Of a stretch of 64,000 bases of DNA, positions 1 through 9,393 are shown piece after piece. The stretch is from a virus, in IMG/VR virus record IMGVR_UViG_3300045412_000261, positions 32,001-96,000 of that record; one strand, written 5' to 3'. Position 1 is the stretch's first letter, and the number at the start of each line of letters is the position of its first letter. The notes below the pieces were generated by a model that had not been told where the DNA came from, did not search any database, and saw nothing but the letters and a program-made list of their open reading frames with translations. A program made the translations under genes and the position numbers.

Positions 1-872
1 ATCGTAGATGCTTTGTAAGCACCGTATTTTTTAATAATTAACTTTCCTGGTATTTCATTCATTTTCTTATTAATCAGATGCATATTATCCTTAGACAAAT
101 TATCTAATGATATGTCTGTAATGTAGGCATCAATCCTTTTTGATATTTGAGTAGGATATAATTCCATAGTGTAATAAATCACGTTTACTCCTAATTCCAT
201 AGCGTGAGCAGCTAAAGATATTAACAGCCATGATTTACCTCCTTTCGGAGGACAGAGAACAACTCCGAGTTCGCCAAAAGATAATCCTCCTTTCATATAA
301 GAATTAATAACAGGCCATGGAGTAGATATTGGATTTCTATCATCTTCCATGTATCTGTTTTCTAATGTCTTTTCATACATATAACCTAAATCTAATTCAG
401 ATCCGGCATTATGTGCCTTATTAATGACAGAGAAAGCAGCATCAAAATCATTTCTTTTAACTAAATCGACTGCGTTTCTTAAGGCTTTGACATATTCTCT
501 ATTCCTACAGAATTCGACAATCTTATCTTTAACATGTTGTAAATCTTTAGAATCAGCAAAATCTAAAGAGCTTTTAAGAAACATATAAATACTCTGCGCA
601 AAAATTTTATTTCTTTCCGCCTGAGAATCACTATCTTCTTTATTAGCTAATTCTTTGATGTTTATCTTTAAAACATCTATTGTAGGTTGAATTTTGTATG
701 TCTCATAATAGTCATACATTCTCTCTACTACCCAAGACATAGCCTCATTCTCGAAATAATTAGGATCAAGAATGTCAATAATACGAGTGAAGAAATTCTC
801 GTCATTAAGTAAATTGTACAAAACCTTCTTTTGAAAATCCGTACCAAAAGAATTTAATAAATTGGAAGTCAT
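1..872 (-). CDS. Replicative DNA helicase, DnaB/T4 gp41-like (runs off the window start, partial)
   Basis: Not in the ORF track; read manually from the ATG at 872 (MTSNLLNSFGTDFQKKVLYNLL...). Contains GGLSFGELGVVLCPPKGGKSW (Walker A) and VIYYTMEL, typical of the DnaB family. Confidence 0.88.
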   Translation of the reverse strand, partial: MTSNLLNSFGTDFQKKVLYNLLNDENFFTRIIDILDPNYFENEAMSWVVERMYDYYETYKIQPTIDVLKINIKELANKEDSDSQAERNKIFAQSIYMFLKSSLDFADSKDLQHVKDKIVEFCRNREYVKALRNAVDLVKRNDFDAAFSVINKAHNAGSELDLGYMYEKTLENRYMEDDRNPISTPWPVINSYMKGGLSFGELGVVLCPPKGGKSWLLISLAAHAMELGVNVIYYTMELYPTQISKRIDAYITDISLDNLSKDNMHLINKKMNEIPGKLIIKKYGAYKAST

Positions 873-875
873 TGT

Positions 876-1898
876 TTATGATTTTAATCTGTTTACAAAA
901 TTTCTATGCCATGAATCAAAATCGTTAATTCTAGAGAATAGACCATCAAAAGTGAACATCTGCATGAATTCATAGTCATAACTAACAGGAGCAAATTCTT
1001 GTAATAATCTTCTTATTGCGCTTTTTGTATGATAAGAAACATCGACATTGTGTAATTGAATTAACTTGTAATTTAATTCTAATTTATCAAAGTCAGAAAT
1101 GAGATTATCGAGACCTTTATATTTTTTTCCCTCCGAAATTAAATCTTTGGCTCTATTATAAAAAAAGTCTAAATCATCTATTTTAGTATTTCTTATTTCT
1201 GGAAAAAATTTAATTATGTTTTTTTCTCCAATAGAACCGAAGCTAGGAATATTATCACTCCTGTCTCCTACAAAAGCCTTGTAATATACGAAGTTTTCCG
1301 GGATAATTCCAAATTCTTCGACAACTTTTTTTGGAGAATACATAATTCTTTTTGTTGGATTATAAACTTGAATAGTTTCCGATACTAATTGAAGATAATC
1401 CTTATCAGATGACATTATAAATTTATATTTATAATCTTCTAATTCACTTGAATTTACAAGTATAGAAATAACATCATCTGCTTCAACTCCATCCATAATC
1501 AATTGAACTACTGGCAAATTATTCAAGTACTCAATTAATCTTCTTATTTGCCTTTCGGATTCTTTATCTGTACTTTCAGTGCTATTTTCTGTAAGTCTAT
1601 TTAATTTAAGACCTTTATGCTTTCCAGATTTATATCCTTTATACATTTTTTTCCTTCTTACAGATCCTCCCTGACCATCAAACACGACAATAACTTTATT
1701 TATATTATAGGTTTTTACAAAAGAAAACATAGTTTCTAAGAATCCAAACACTCCTCCTATTGTATTACCGTCTGTATTTAACGTAGGATATGCACAAAAA
1801 CATCTGACAAATAAATTAGTTCCGTCTATTATAAGAGCTGTTTTTTCATTAGACATATACCTATGATTACCTAATAATTTTGATAAGTCAATAGTCAT
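876..1898 (-). CDS. 5'-3' exonuclease / RNase H (PolA N-terminal domain, T4 rnh-like)
   Basis: Motifs LIIDGTNLF, VFDG, RKKMYKGYK, GVEADDVI, SSDKDYLQL and GDRSDNIP, characteristic of the FEN/5'-3' exonuclease family. Confidence 0.92.
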   Translation of the reverse strand: MTIDLSKLLGNHRYMSNEKTALIIDGTNLFVRCFCAYPTLNTDGNTIGGVFGFLETMFSFVKTYNINKVIVVFDGQGGSVRRKKMYKGYKSGKHKGLKLNRLTENSTESTDKESERQIRRLIEYLNNLPVVQLIMDGVEADDVISILVNSSELEDYKYKFIMSSDKDYLQLVSETIQVYNPTKRIMYSPKKVVEEFGIIPENFVYYKAFVGDRSDNIPSFGSIGEKNIIKFFPEIRNTKIDDLDFFYNRAKDLISEGKKYKGLDNLISDFDKLELNYKLIQLHNVDVSYHTKSAIRRLLQEFAPVSYDYEFMQMFTFDGLFSRINDFDSWHRNFVNRLKS

Positions 1899-3066
1899 CT
1901 TCTGTATCTTCTATGTGAATGAATGAAGTAGAATTTCCCTCGTCGACATCATCTCTTTTAATATAGGTTGTGATATAGTAATCTGAAATATTAGATAATA
2001 TATCTTTTCGTATTTCCTCTCTAGAGAATAGCTTATCGTAAAAATCTTTTCTTTGAAATCTAATTTCTTCAATTATCTCTCCTGTTTCTCTATTGCAATA
2101 TTTATAAGTGTACCATGCTCCTGAAGAAGTAGCTATCCCTTTGTCCTTTAAAAAATCCATAATAGAACTTACATCATCAATTCCTGAATTGTACATGATG
2201 TTGAATGCAGCTTTTCGGTGTGGGGGGCCTATTCTATTTTTTATTATTTCTGCTTCTGTGGTAATACCTAAAGGAAGATCTTTTTCAGGTCCTTGAATTT
2301 TGCCTTTCTTAACTAGCTTAACTCTTACCGAAGAATGGAAGCCAATCGCCTTTCCACCGGATGTAGTATAAGAATCCCCCATTCCAGGTCGAGCTTGTAA
2401 ATTCTGTCTCAATTGATTAGTAAAAATCAAAAGAATTTTTTCCCTGCCTAATAAGTTTGTCAATTTACGCATAGCCTTAGAAATGATGATTGCTTTCTGA
2501 GTAGCCCATCCATCTTTTTCATAATTGCCTTCTATTTCGTCTTTTGTAGATGCTCCCATTACCGAGTCTACCACAATAGTAACAATGACATCTTTATTAG
2601 ATGCTCTCATTTGTTCTATAATAGTCTCAACTGAATTAAATACATCTTCAATTACTTCATGTTGAACATAAACAAAATTCTTTTTTAAATCAACTCCGAT
2701 TGCATTTAGAAATTCTTTACTAACTGCACTTTCAGTATCTATGATAATGCCGATACCTCCTTTTTTTTGTGTCTCTTTTATAGCATGGGCAGCTAATAAA
2801 GACTTACCAGATTGTTCTAGACCTATTAACTCTACAATTTTACCGACGGGGTATCCTCCATTTTCTCTGTTTGAAATAGCCATATCTAATGTTGTGCATC
2901 CAGTGGATACAAAGTCACTGACATTTGTAGGTGCTAATGTGGAATCTTCTAGCTTATAAGCTACTGTTCCGATATCTTTTTTGTACTTAGCATTTATCGC
3001 ATCTATCAAAGATGATGCAAAAGATGTGTCAGTCCTCTCTTGGGAGGATTCCCTTTTCTTTGCCAT
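1888..3066 (-). CDS. uvsX: RecA/UvsX recombinase
   Basis: STGCTTLD, GGYPVGKIVELIGLEQSGKS (Walker A), IDTE, VVDSV, IFTNQLR, TSGGKAIGFHSSVRV, KNRIGPP, SGAWY. Confidence 0.93.
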   Translation of the reverse strand: MAKKRESSQERTDTSFASSLIDAINAKYKKDIGTVAYKLEDSTLAPTNVSDFVSTGCTTLDMAISNRENGGYPVGKIVELIGLEQSGKSLLAAHAIKETQKKGGIGIIIDTESAVSKEFLNAIGVDLKKNFVYVQHEVIEDVFNSVETIIEQMRASNKDVIVTIVVDSVMGASTKDEIEGNYEKDGWATQKAIIISKAMRKLTNLLGREKILLIFTNQLRQNLQARPGMGDSYTTSGGKAIGFHSSVRVKLVKKGKIQGPEKDLPLGITTEAEIIKNRIGPPHRKAAFNIMYNSGIDDVSSIMDFLKDKGIATSSGAWYTYKYCNRETGEIIEEIRFQRKDFYDKLFSREEIRKDILSNISDYYITTYIKRDDVDEGNSTSFIHIEDTEDDY

Positions 3067-3079
3067 AATTTAACGTTTT

Positions 3080-3949
3080 TTATATAGAGTCTAAAAATTT
3101 AGAAAAATCATCTTCAAGTGACTTGGTAGCTACAGGTTTTTCAACCGGTCTTGTTCTAACTTCTTCTGTAATGTCTTGGGCTTTTGCTCCGCCTCGTACA
3201 ATTTCATTAGATTCAGGAGCTTTACTTTTTGCGAAGAGAGAACCTGCTAACGAAGTAACCATTTTTTCAATCTCTTCTTTTGTATGAGTGATGTACAAAT
3301 CTTCTATATTTCCTATTTCCTCATACTGTCTCTTAAAATCTTCAATAGCATACCCTTCTTCAGCCCTTTCTATCAAATTAGTCGGGCTTCTCTTGGCTGT
3401 AATTTCAACGCCACCTCCAGAGGCTTTTGTGAGAACTAAATCAGTACCTCTTTTTAAATCAAAGATTTTTGATGACTCTTCACCTTCTTCCTCAAAAATA
3501 GTGTTCATAATATTAAATATTTTCTCATAGGTTTTAGTGTTAACCGGCCAAACCTTAATACCAGAAGATTCCTTGCCTCTGATTAGAATAGGAATGTAAT
3601 AGTATTTTTGAGGAGTAAAATACTTAATAAATTGCTTGTTGTTTTCGTAATCCTCTCTGTATAACTTATTTGCAAAAATCTCAGCCGGATCTTCTTGCTG
3701 AAAAGTTTTAGGAGATGCGAATTCGTAATTGGCTAGTCCTATTTTTGTAACAAAGTCTCGACCATGAAGATACGCCACATAAAAAGGCCACTCCGGGTCT
3801 TTTTTATTGGGTACAATCCGAATAGTAGAAGTTCCAGATGTAGGTCTCCAAATGTAATCAAAAATGTTTTTACCTTTCTTCCTGCCGTTTGTACTAGCGG
3901 TAGAAAGTCTGTTCGCTTCTTGTTTGAAACGTTCTGCAAAATTACTCAT
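3080..3949 (-). CDS. Single-stranded DNA-binding protein, T4 gp32-like
   Basis: WRPT...IRIVP...PF, SPKTF..DP, FDLKRGTDL and an acidic C-terminal tail (LEDDFSKFLDSI); adjacent to uvsX. Confidence 0.75.
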   Translation of the reverse strand: MSNFAERFKQEANRLSTASTNGRKKGKNIFDYIWRPTSGTSTIRIVPNKKDPEWPFYVAYLHGRDFVTKIGLANYEFASPKTFQQEDPAEIFANKLYREDYENNKQFIKYFTPQKYYYIPILIRGKESSGIKVWPVNTKTYEKIFNIMNTIFEEEGEESSKIFDLKRGTDLVLTKASGGGVEITAKRSPTNLIERAEEGYAIEDFKRQYEEIGNIEDLYITHTKEEIEKMVTSLAGSLFAKSKAPESNEIVRGGAKAQDITEEVRTRPVEKPVATKSLEDDFSKFLDSI

Positions 3950-3960
3950 AACTGTATAAA

Positions 3961-4371
3961 TTAGATGTTAGAAATATTCTTTTTGTATAGAAACTTTAAG
4001 TCAATTATTCTTAGACCATCAGATCCAGTAACTATCAAGCAATTTTCATAAGCATACCAATCAATTTTGTAATTAACATCAAGTTTGCCATTATTAGATT
4101 GCTCTATAAGTATGTTAAGACCATTTAGCGTAAACAAGGTACCTGTTTCTTTATTTCTATGTAATATTAAAGTGGAAGGAAGTAAGGTAAAATCTTCCTC
4201 TCTAATAACATTGTAACTTAAAATTAGTTCATCATTATCGGATGCATTTCTAAAAACAAATACACTATCATTTGTTATGTCATAAGTGTTCTTAATCGTC
4301 TTTAATGTACTTTCTATAAAATGGGGATGACAAAAAGTACATAGTAGTTTTGTAGGTTTTCTCTCAATCAT
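3961..4371 (-). CDS. Hypothetical phage protein
   Basis: 136-aa ORF coupled to its neighbours (LLCTF, LHRNKETGTLFTLNGLN); no function recognised. Confidence 0.6.
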   Translation of the reverse strand: MIERKPTKLLCTFCHPHFIESTLKTIKNTYDITNDSVFVFRNASDNDELILSYNVIREEDFTLLPSTLILHRNKETGTLFTLNGLNILIEQSNNGKLDVNYKIDWYAYENCLIVTGSDGLRIIDLKFLYKKNISNI

Positions 4372-5702
4372 GCTTTCACGTTTTCCAAATCAAAAGATTT
4401 CATGTTATAATAGTTTTTTCCGATTTTTACAGATGAGCTAAACCCAAAATCGTTAATTATCTTTTGTATTTCTTTCAATGTTTCCAATCCATCTTCTCTG
4501 TCGAAATCCAATAAGAAAGAATCATAAACATACAATACGATTTGTGTTTTTTTCGACTGCAAATATACAATAATCTTTTTAATAATCTCAAAAAAATGTT
4601 CAACTTCCATCAATTGTATAACATAAGAAAATAATTTTCCTTTGGTATAAGAATAATCGTCCTTTAGATTTGATAATTTTAAAGTTCTAACGCAATAAGG
4701 TACTGTAATCTCATTATCTTGAACCATTTGATTATATATCAAATCTCTATATTTATACAATGCATCAAAGAACGGAATTTTTTTAGCTTCCCCTCTCTCA
4801 GAATAAATATTAGTGAAAGTTATTTTTTTAGCTTCATCATATTCTTGCGGGGATATATTATTCTTTTTATAATAAATCTTTGCTAGATATACATGAACAT
4901 CTTCTTCTTCTAATTTATACCCAATAGCTTTAGCAATTAAATATAAATGAAATGACTTAATATCAAATTCAACTAACATGCCTCTATCATGCCTAGAAAC
5001 GAATCCTAAGCGATGTTTTTCATCTTTTGGTATTGCACTAAGGTTAATCCCATTAGATGTTCCTACAGGCCTTCCTGTGGCATTGTAGAGTGTATATTTA
5101 GGATGTAATAAAGATGTCGTTAATTTTTTATTGTAAACTTCATTTATTTGAGGGATATCAATGCAAATTCCATTATCTCTAATATGATTTAAAGATGATA
5201 GAATAGATGTATATTTTTCAATGACAGATGATTTCTTATCTAATGTTTTTAAAAATGAAAGTTGATTATTAAAACATCTTAAGAACATGTAATATGGAAT
5301 GTAGATGTTATAAGATGTAGATGGATAATAAAATCTCTTGAACTTAGATGTAAATGAATATAAATCTTCTAAGTAATTTGTATCTCCTTTATTTAGCCAA
5401 TATAATAATGGAAATTCTGTTGAAAATTTGCTGGGAAAATAATAATCAAAGATGTATTTAGATGACGCTATTACATAATTAAATGATAATAATGTTTGTA
5501 ATGTTTTTAATGATATGTTTGATTTGAATTCTTCATGTTCTAATGCTATAGAATATGACTCATTTGATTTATAGTCATGTATAAATAATATGGATAGCCC
5601 CTCCGAAAAATTAGACATATCTTTCGGAACAGGAAATACAAAAGAGCCGGAAAAATTAGTTTGGATCTTACTTAGTTGATCCTCGTTCTCAATAACCATC
5701 AT
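4368..5702 (-). CDS. Short family A DNA polymerase (polymerase domain, divergent)
   Basis: TGRP..NLSAIPK, motif A EFDIKSFHL, motif B EAKKITFTNIY, motif C LYVYDSFLLD. Confidence 0.78.
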   Translation of the reverse strand: MMVIENEDQLSKIQTNFSGSFVFPVPKDMSNFSEGLSILFIHDYKSNESYSIALEHEEFKSNISLKTLQTLLSFNYVIASSKYIFDYYFPSKFSTEFPLLYWLNKGDTNYLEDLYSFTSKFKRFYYPSTSYNIYIPYYMFLRCFNNQLSFLKTLDKKSSVIEKYTSILSSLNHIRDNGICIDIPQINEVYNKKLTTSLLHPKYTLYNATGRPVGTSNGINLSAIPKDEKHRLGFVSRHDRGMLVEFDIKSFHLYLIAKAIGYKLEEEDVHVYLAKIYYKKNNISPQEYDEAKKITFTNIYSERGEAKKIPFFDALYKYRDLIYNQMVQDNEITVPYCVRTLKLSNLKDDYSYTKGKLFSYVIQLMEVEHFFEIIKKIIVYLQSKKTQIVLYVYDSFLLDFDREDGLETLKEIQKIINDFGFSSSVKIGKNYYNMKSFDLENVKA

Positions 5703-6207
5703 CTATATAAAACTCATTATAATTTACAATAAACCTCTTAAGTCCTGGAAAAGTTCTATCAGCATTCAAAACTTCATTTCTATTTAGTTGCGCTACTTTA
5801 ACTTTGTCTCCTCTGACTTTCCAATAGATTTCTGCAAATATAAGTCTATTTCTGTTATCCTGCAAGTTTTTAGACGAAAAAAAATCTTCTTTGCTAATTT
5901 CTGTTATGGATGTTACTGGTTTTATTCTTTTTTGGTAGAAATAACGCTTGAAATATAAGCCTTCTTCTTCTATTTGCTCTCTTGTAGGTGTATATGGATT
6001 TATATTTACATACTCCACCATAGGCTCCGAACCAATTGAAGAATAAACTCTTCTTTTAAATTCGTATTCCAAAAATAATCTTTTTCTAGTATCTTTTTCA
6101 TTTATACCGGCGTAGGGTATTCTATTGGTATAGAAATAATATCCTTTGTACGGTTTATTATCTTCATCCCATAAAAAATTACCTTCCGTATAAAAAAAAT
6201 TAGCCAT
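5689..6207 (-). CDS. Hypothetical protein
   Basis: 172-aa ORF in the operon; no recognised motif. Confidence 0.55.
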   Translation of the reverse strand: MANFFYTEGNFLWDEDNKPYKGYYFYTNRIPYAGINEKDTRKRLFLEYEFKRRVYSSIGSEPMVEYVNINPYTPTREQIEEEGLYFKRYFYQKRIKPVTSITEISKEDFFSSKNLQDNRNRLIFAEIYWKVRGDKVKVAQLNRNEVLNADRTFPGLKRFIVNYNEFYIDDGY

Positions 6208-6219
6208 GATTATTTTATT

Positions 6220-8238
6220 TTACGCTCCTAAAGTAGGCGTTCTCGGAGGTACAACCGTACAAATAGATTCCAATTCAGTTTGCCAATCTTGATTTTCTAC
6301 TACATGATGCACTCTAGTAACTACAAAAGCAATATTTCTCTCTGTGGTAAAACTTTTAGGAACTGTATTACTATTTATATGATGTCCTATTCTCCATCCT
6401 CCTACCCCATCCATTTTGACATTCATTTTCATTAACCACAAATACTGATTATTTTTTCGCAAAGATTCCGTAGTTTGAGCTCGAAGGCATGTTGCTAATA
6501 AATTTCTAGCTGCATCACAAGTTTCTTCACTATATTTTGTTTTAGGCATTAAATCATTATAGTAATTATTTAACAGTTTATTTGCTATATTTTCTAATGC
6601 TTGTTGTCCCGCAGAGAATCCATCATCACAATTACCCTCACTAACTGCGTGCGCTGTCCTAGATGTATTGAATATTGTTTTAACCAAAGATGCATGTAAA
6701 TCAGTAGAGGGCAATTCGGCAGATATTTGTAGTTCTCTAGTTGAACCATCTCCATTCAATGTATTAAATTTCCATATATCAAATTTTTCTTCCACAAAAG
6801 TAGAGGGTACTATTCTTAAAACTCTATGTTCTGTCAAATTATCTGAATCTTGGTCTCCATCATCTTGTACTAAATCTAGCTGAATAAAACCTCCAGTACA
6901 TTGACTAATAACAGTAAATAAGTTTTTTAAAAATCTATCTATTCTTATATAAGCTTCATCTATAAAATGATTATTTATGTTAGTTCCGGGATCTCCTTTT
7001 CTTGTATTATGCATATTTGCTTTAATAGCATCGTAAATAGTATTTCTATGTAAAAGTATTTTTCTGTAATCAATATATGTTCCATAATGAGATTTCACAC
7101 CGTTAAAATATCCTTTAACATCTTCATAATTCTTTCCTTCTGCTCTATTATTTTTATTTGTATAATTCCCCGCTCCGCCTCCTAATATCAATAATTTTTT
7201 AGGGTCACAAGATCTAACTACATTTCCGGCCAAAGTAGAACATCTAGGTTTTATTGGAAATCCCACATATACATCCTTAACTTGTGATTTTTCTACAGTT
7301 TGATTTCTGGAGAATGGATATAAAGCGAATTCATTTACTATACGATCGACGATATATTGTAATGTAAAATACTCATCTGTCTTTGTTTGAGCTGAAGGTA
7401 TATCTTCTGGATCTGGATTTAGAACAGTTCCTTCTATGGGTTGATATACGATTATATCATTTTTTCTAGGATTTATAAAATTTAAAAATGGTATACCAAA
7501 TTGAACTGATTTATCATAGGGATTTTTCTGATCGTATCCAATAATATCTCCATCTGCAATAGTATCCGTTAAAAAAGCACCTGATTTTTGAGCATCGAAA
7601 AGCATTAATTCATAATATCCTGATACATTTCCTTCTTCAACCCCGTTACTAAAAGATTTATTATTTTTGTATTTTAAATCATTTCTTTCCCATAATCCAG
7701 ATAAACCAATGTCTAATGTTGAAAATACTTCTCCAGGGCCTATAGCCTCAAAAGATAATTGATAATAATTTTCATTTGTAGTTTGCCATGTTCCATAAGC
7801 TATGTAGCATCCTGAAACGGTATATGAGGGACAATTATCAAAAGGAGCGGTATATCCTATAGTTATTGTTAATTTATTTTTAGGATCATTTATACAGAAT
7901 ATTTCAGAATATGTTAAAAAATCAGATAAACTATATACTTCTATAGTTCCTCTAATTCTCATTGATAAATTAACAAGAGATGCGTCATTTCCTATTCTTT
8001 CTATTTCCGCTCTTATTAAGTTAGGTTTTGGTTTTAGAGTAGATTTATTATACGTTTGTTCGAAGGTATCTTCTCTTGTTGAAATAGTAATACCTTGTTT
8101 TTTTATTATACAAAATGCTGTATTTCTAGTTTTAGGTTTGTAATAATTTGTTGTATTACCTTCAGAATATAATCCCGCTCTACTGCCGAGGACGTTTTTT
8201 ATAGTTTCTGGTATAGGTCTTCTAAAAGGAGGTGCCAT
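6220..8238 (-). CDS. Putative baseplate hub protein (gp27/VgrG-N-like)
   Basis: Position after the tape measure, tube-initiator and LysM genes. The C-terminus VKMDGVGGWRIG...FVVTRVHHVVENQDWQTELE resembles contractile-tail hub proteins. Confidence 0.55.
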   Translation of the reverse strand: MAPPFRRPIPETIKNVLGSRAGLYSEGNTTNYYKPKTRNTAFCIIKKQGITISTREDTFEQTYNKSTLKPKPNLIRAEIERIGNDASLVNLSMRIRGTIEVYSLSDFLTYSEIFCINDPKNKLTITIGYTAPFDNCPSYTVSGCYIAYGTWQTTNENYYQLSFEAIGPGEVFSTLDIGLSGLWERNDLKYKNNKSFSNGVEEGNVSGYYELMLFDAQKSGAFLTDTIADGDIIGYDQKNPYDKSVQFGIPFLNFINPRKNDIIVYQPIEGTVLNPDPEDIPSAQTKTDEYFTLQYIVDRIVNEFALYPFSRNQTVEKSQVKDVYVGFPIKPRCSTLAGNVVRSCDPKKLLILGGGAGNYTNKNNRAEGKNYEDVKGYFNGVKSHYGTYIDYRKILLHRNTIYDAIKANMHNTRKGDPGTNINNHFIDEAYIRIDRFLKNLFTVISQCTGGFIQLDLVQDDGDQDSDNLTEHRVLRIVPSTFVEEKFDIWKFNTLNGDGSTRELQISAELPSTDLHASLVKTIFNTSRTAHAVSEGNCDDGFSAGQQALENIANKLLNNYYNDLMPKTKYSEETCDAARNLLATCLRAQTTESLRKNNQYLWLMKMNVKMDGVGGWRIGHHINSNTVPKSFTTERNIAFVVTRVHHVVENQDWQTELESICTVVPPRTPTLGA

Positions 8239-8539
8239 TTATCGATTCGTCTTTTAATTGTTCTAATTCTAATGTATCCAACGGATATGGAATTCTTAAT
8301 CTTATTCCTACAGGAGGTACTATAGTTCCCTTACCTATGTCATTTTCGTTCGCTATAATCCACCAATATCTAGGATCTCCATAATAGTCATTAGCTAATA
8401 AATCAAGTCTATCTCCTGCTCTTGCGTATATATAAAAATCACTTGTTTTTGGAGGTATTTTATAGTAATATGTAGTACTGAATCTTCTAGCTCCTGATTC
8501 TTCTTTTATTACAGTAGTAAGCTGTTGATATCTATTCAT
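8222..8539 (-). CDS. LysM-like baseplate protein (gp53 / P2 gpX-like)
   Basis: GDRLDLLANDYYGDPRYWWIIANEN...GIRLRIP is the typical tail-X/LysM signature. Confidence 0.8.
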   Translation of the reverse strand: MNRYQQLTTVIKEESGARRFSTTYYYKIPPKTSDFYIYARAGDRLDLLANDYYGDPRYWWIIANENDIGKGTIVPPVGIRLRIPYPLDTLELEQLKDESINGTSF

Positions 8540-9384
8540 TATCCAAAAAAGTTTGATGCTACTTGAGGTTTTCTTTTTCCTATATACCCTATTTCCATTG
8601 AAACATTTGTAATCATTGGAAGTTCTTTTTCTTCATCCCATACTATAGAAGCATTGTCCCATTCAAATGTTAAACCTTTAATATAACCCATTTCATTGGT
8701 ATATAGTTTTCCTATATTAAATCTAACGTAAGATCCTACATAAGGCCCTCTATAAACAGGTAAAGAAAGTTTAGATAATTCATTAAGTTTTACTAATGTA
8801 GTGTCTATACTAATTCCAGAGGTAATTTCAGGATATGTTATATTAGCTTGTCGAGTAGATAAGGAAGATACTTTAGAATAATCCGTTAAATTTGTAGCTA
8901 CGTCTCTTGTAGTATATTCAGTGCCTGAAGATCTTTGAATAGCGCCTCCTATAATTTTATCAGATAATTTGTTTACAGAAGGGTCCGATAGAATCCTAGA
9001 AGACTCAATACCCGGTAATCGTCTATTAGATGAATTAGAAACTAAAGTTGTATCTAGTTGTTCTTCAAATAAATTTCGTCTAGGATTAGTCTCGCTCTCT
9101 ACTGCGACTGCGAAAGATAAAGATATAGTCCTAGTAAAACTCCGATATAATATTTTTGGATCCGCTCTTCCTATATCAAGCCTTTCATCCCATTCAGGAG
9201 ATGATGAATCAGATATATTATTAATATACGCTAATAAATCTATTACAGGCCCTTCCCCTAAATTTCCAGCAGATATTCTTTGGAATGAAAATTTAAAAGG
9301 TTTTTGTCTATCCCTAATACTTAAACTTCCTTGTCCAGCGAGTGTATTAGTAATAGCTTTAAAATCTAAATTATTTGATGGCAT
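8539..9384 (-). CDS. Putative tail-tube initiator / baseplate protein
   Basis: AYINNISDSSSPEW...IGRADPKILYRSFTRTISLSF and GYIKGLTFEWD..W..ELPM; lies between the tape measure and LysM genes. Confidence 0.55.
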   Translation of the reverse strand: MPSNNLDFKAITNTLAGQGSLSIRDRQKPFKFSFQRISAGNLGEGPVIDLLAYINNISDSSSPEWDERLDIGRADPKILYRSFTRTISLSFAVAVESETNPRRNLFEEQLDTTLVSNSSNRRLPGIESSRILSDPSVNKLSDKIIGGAIQRSSGTEYTTRDVATNLTDYSKVSSLSTRQANITYPEITSGISIDTTLVKLNELSKLSLPVYRGPYVGSYVRFNIGKLYTNEMGYIKGLTFEWDNASIVWDEEKELPMITNVSMEIGYIGKRKPQVASNFFG

Positions 9385-9393
9385 GGTTATTTT

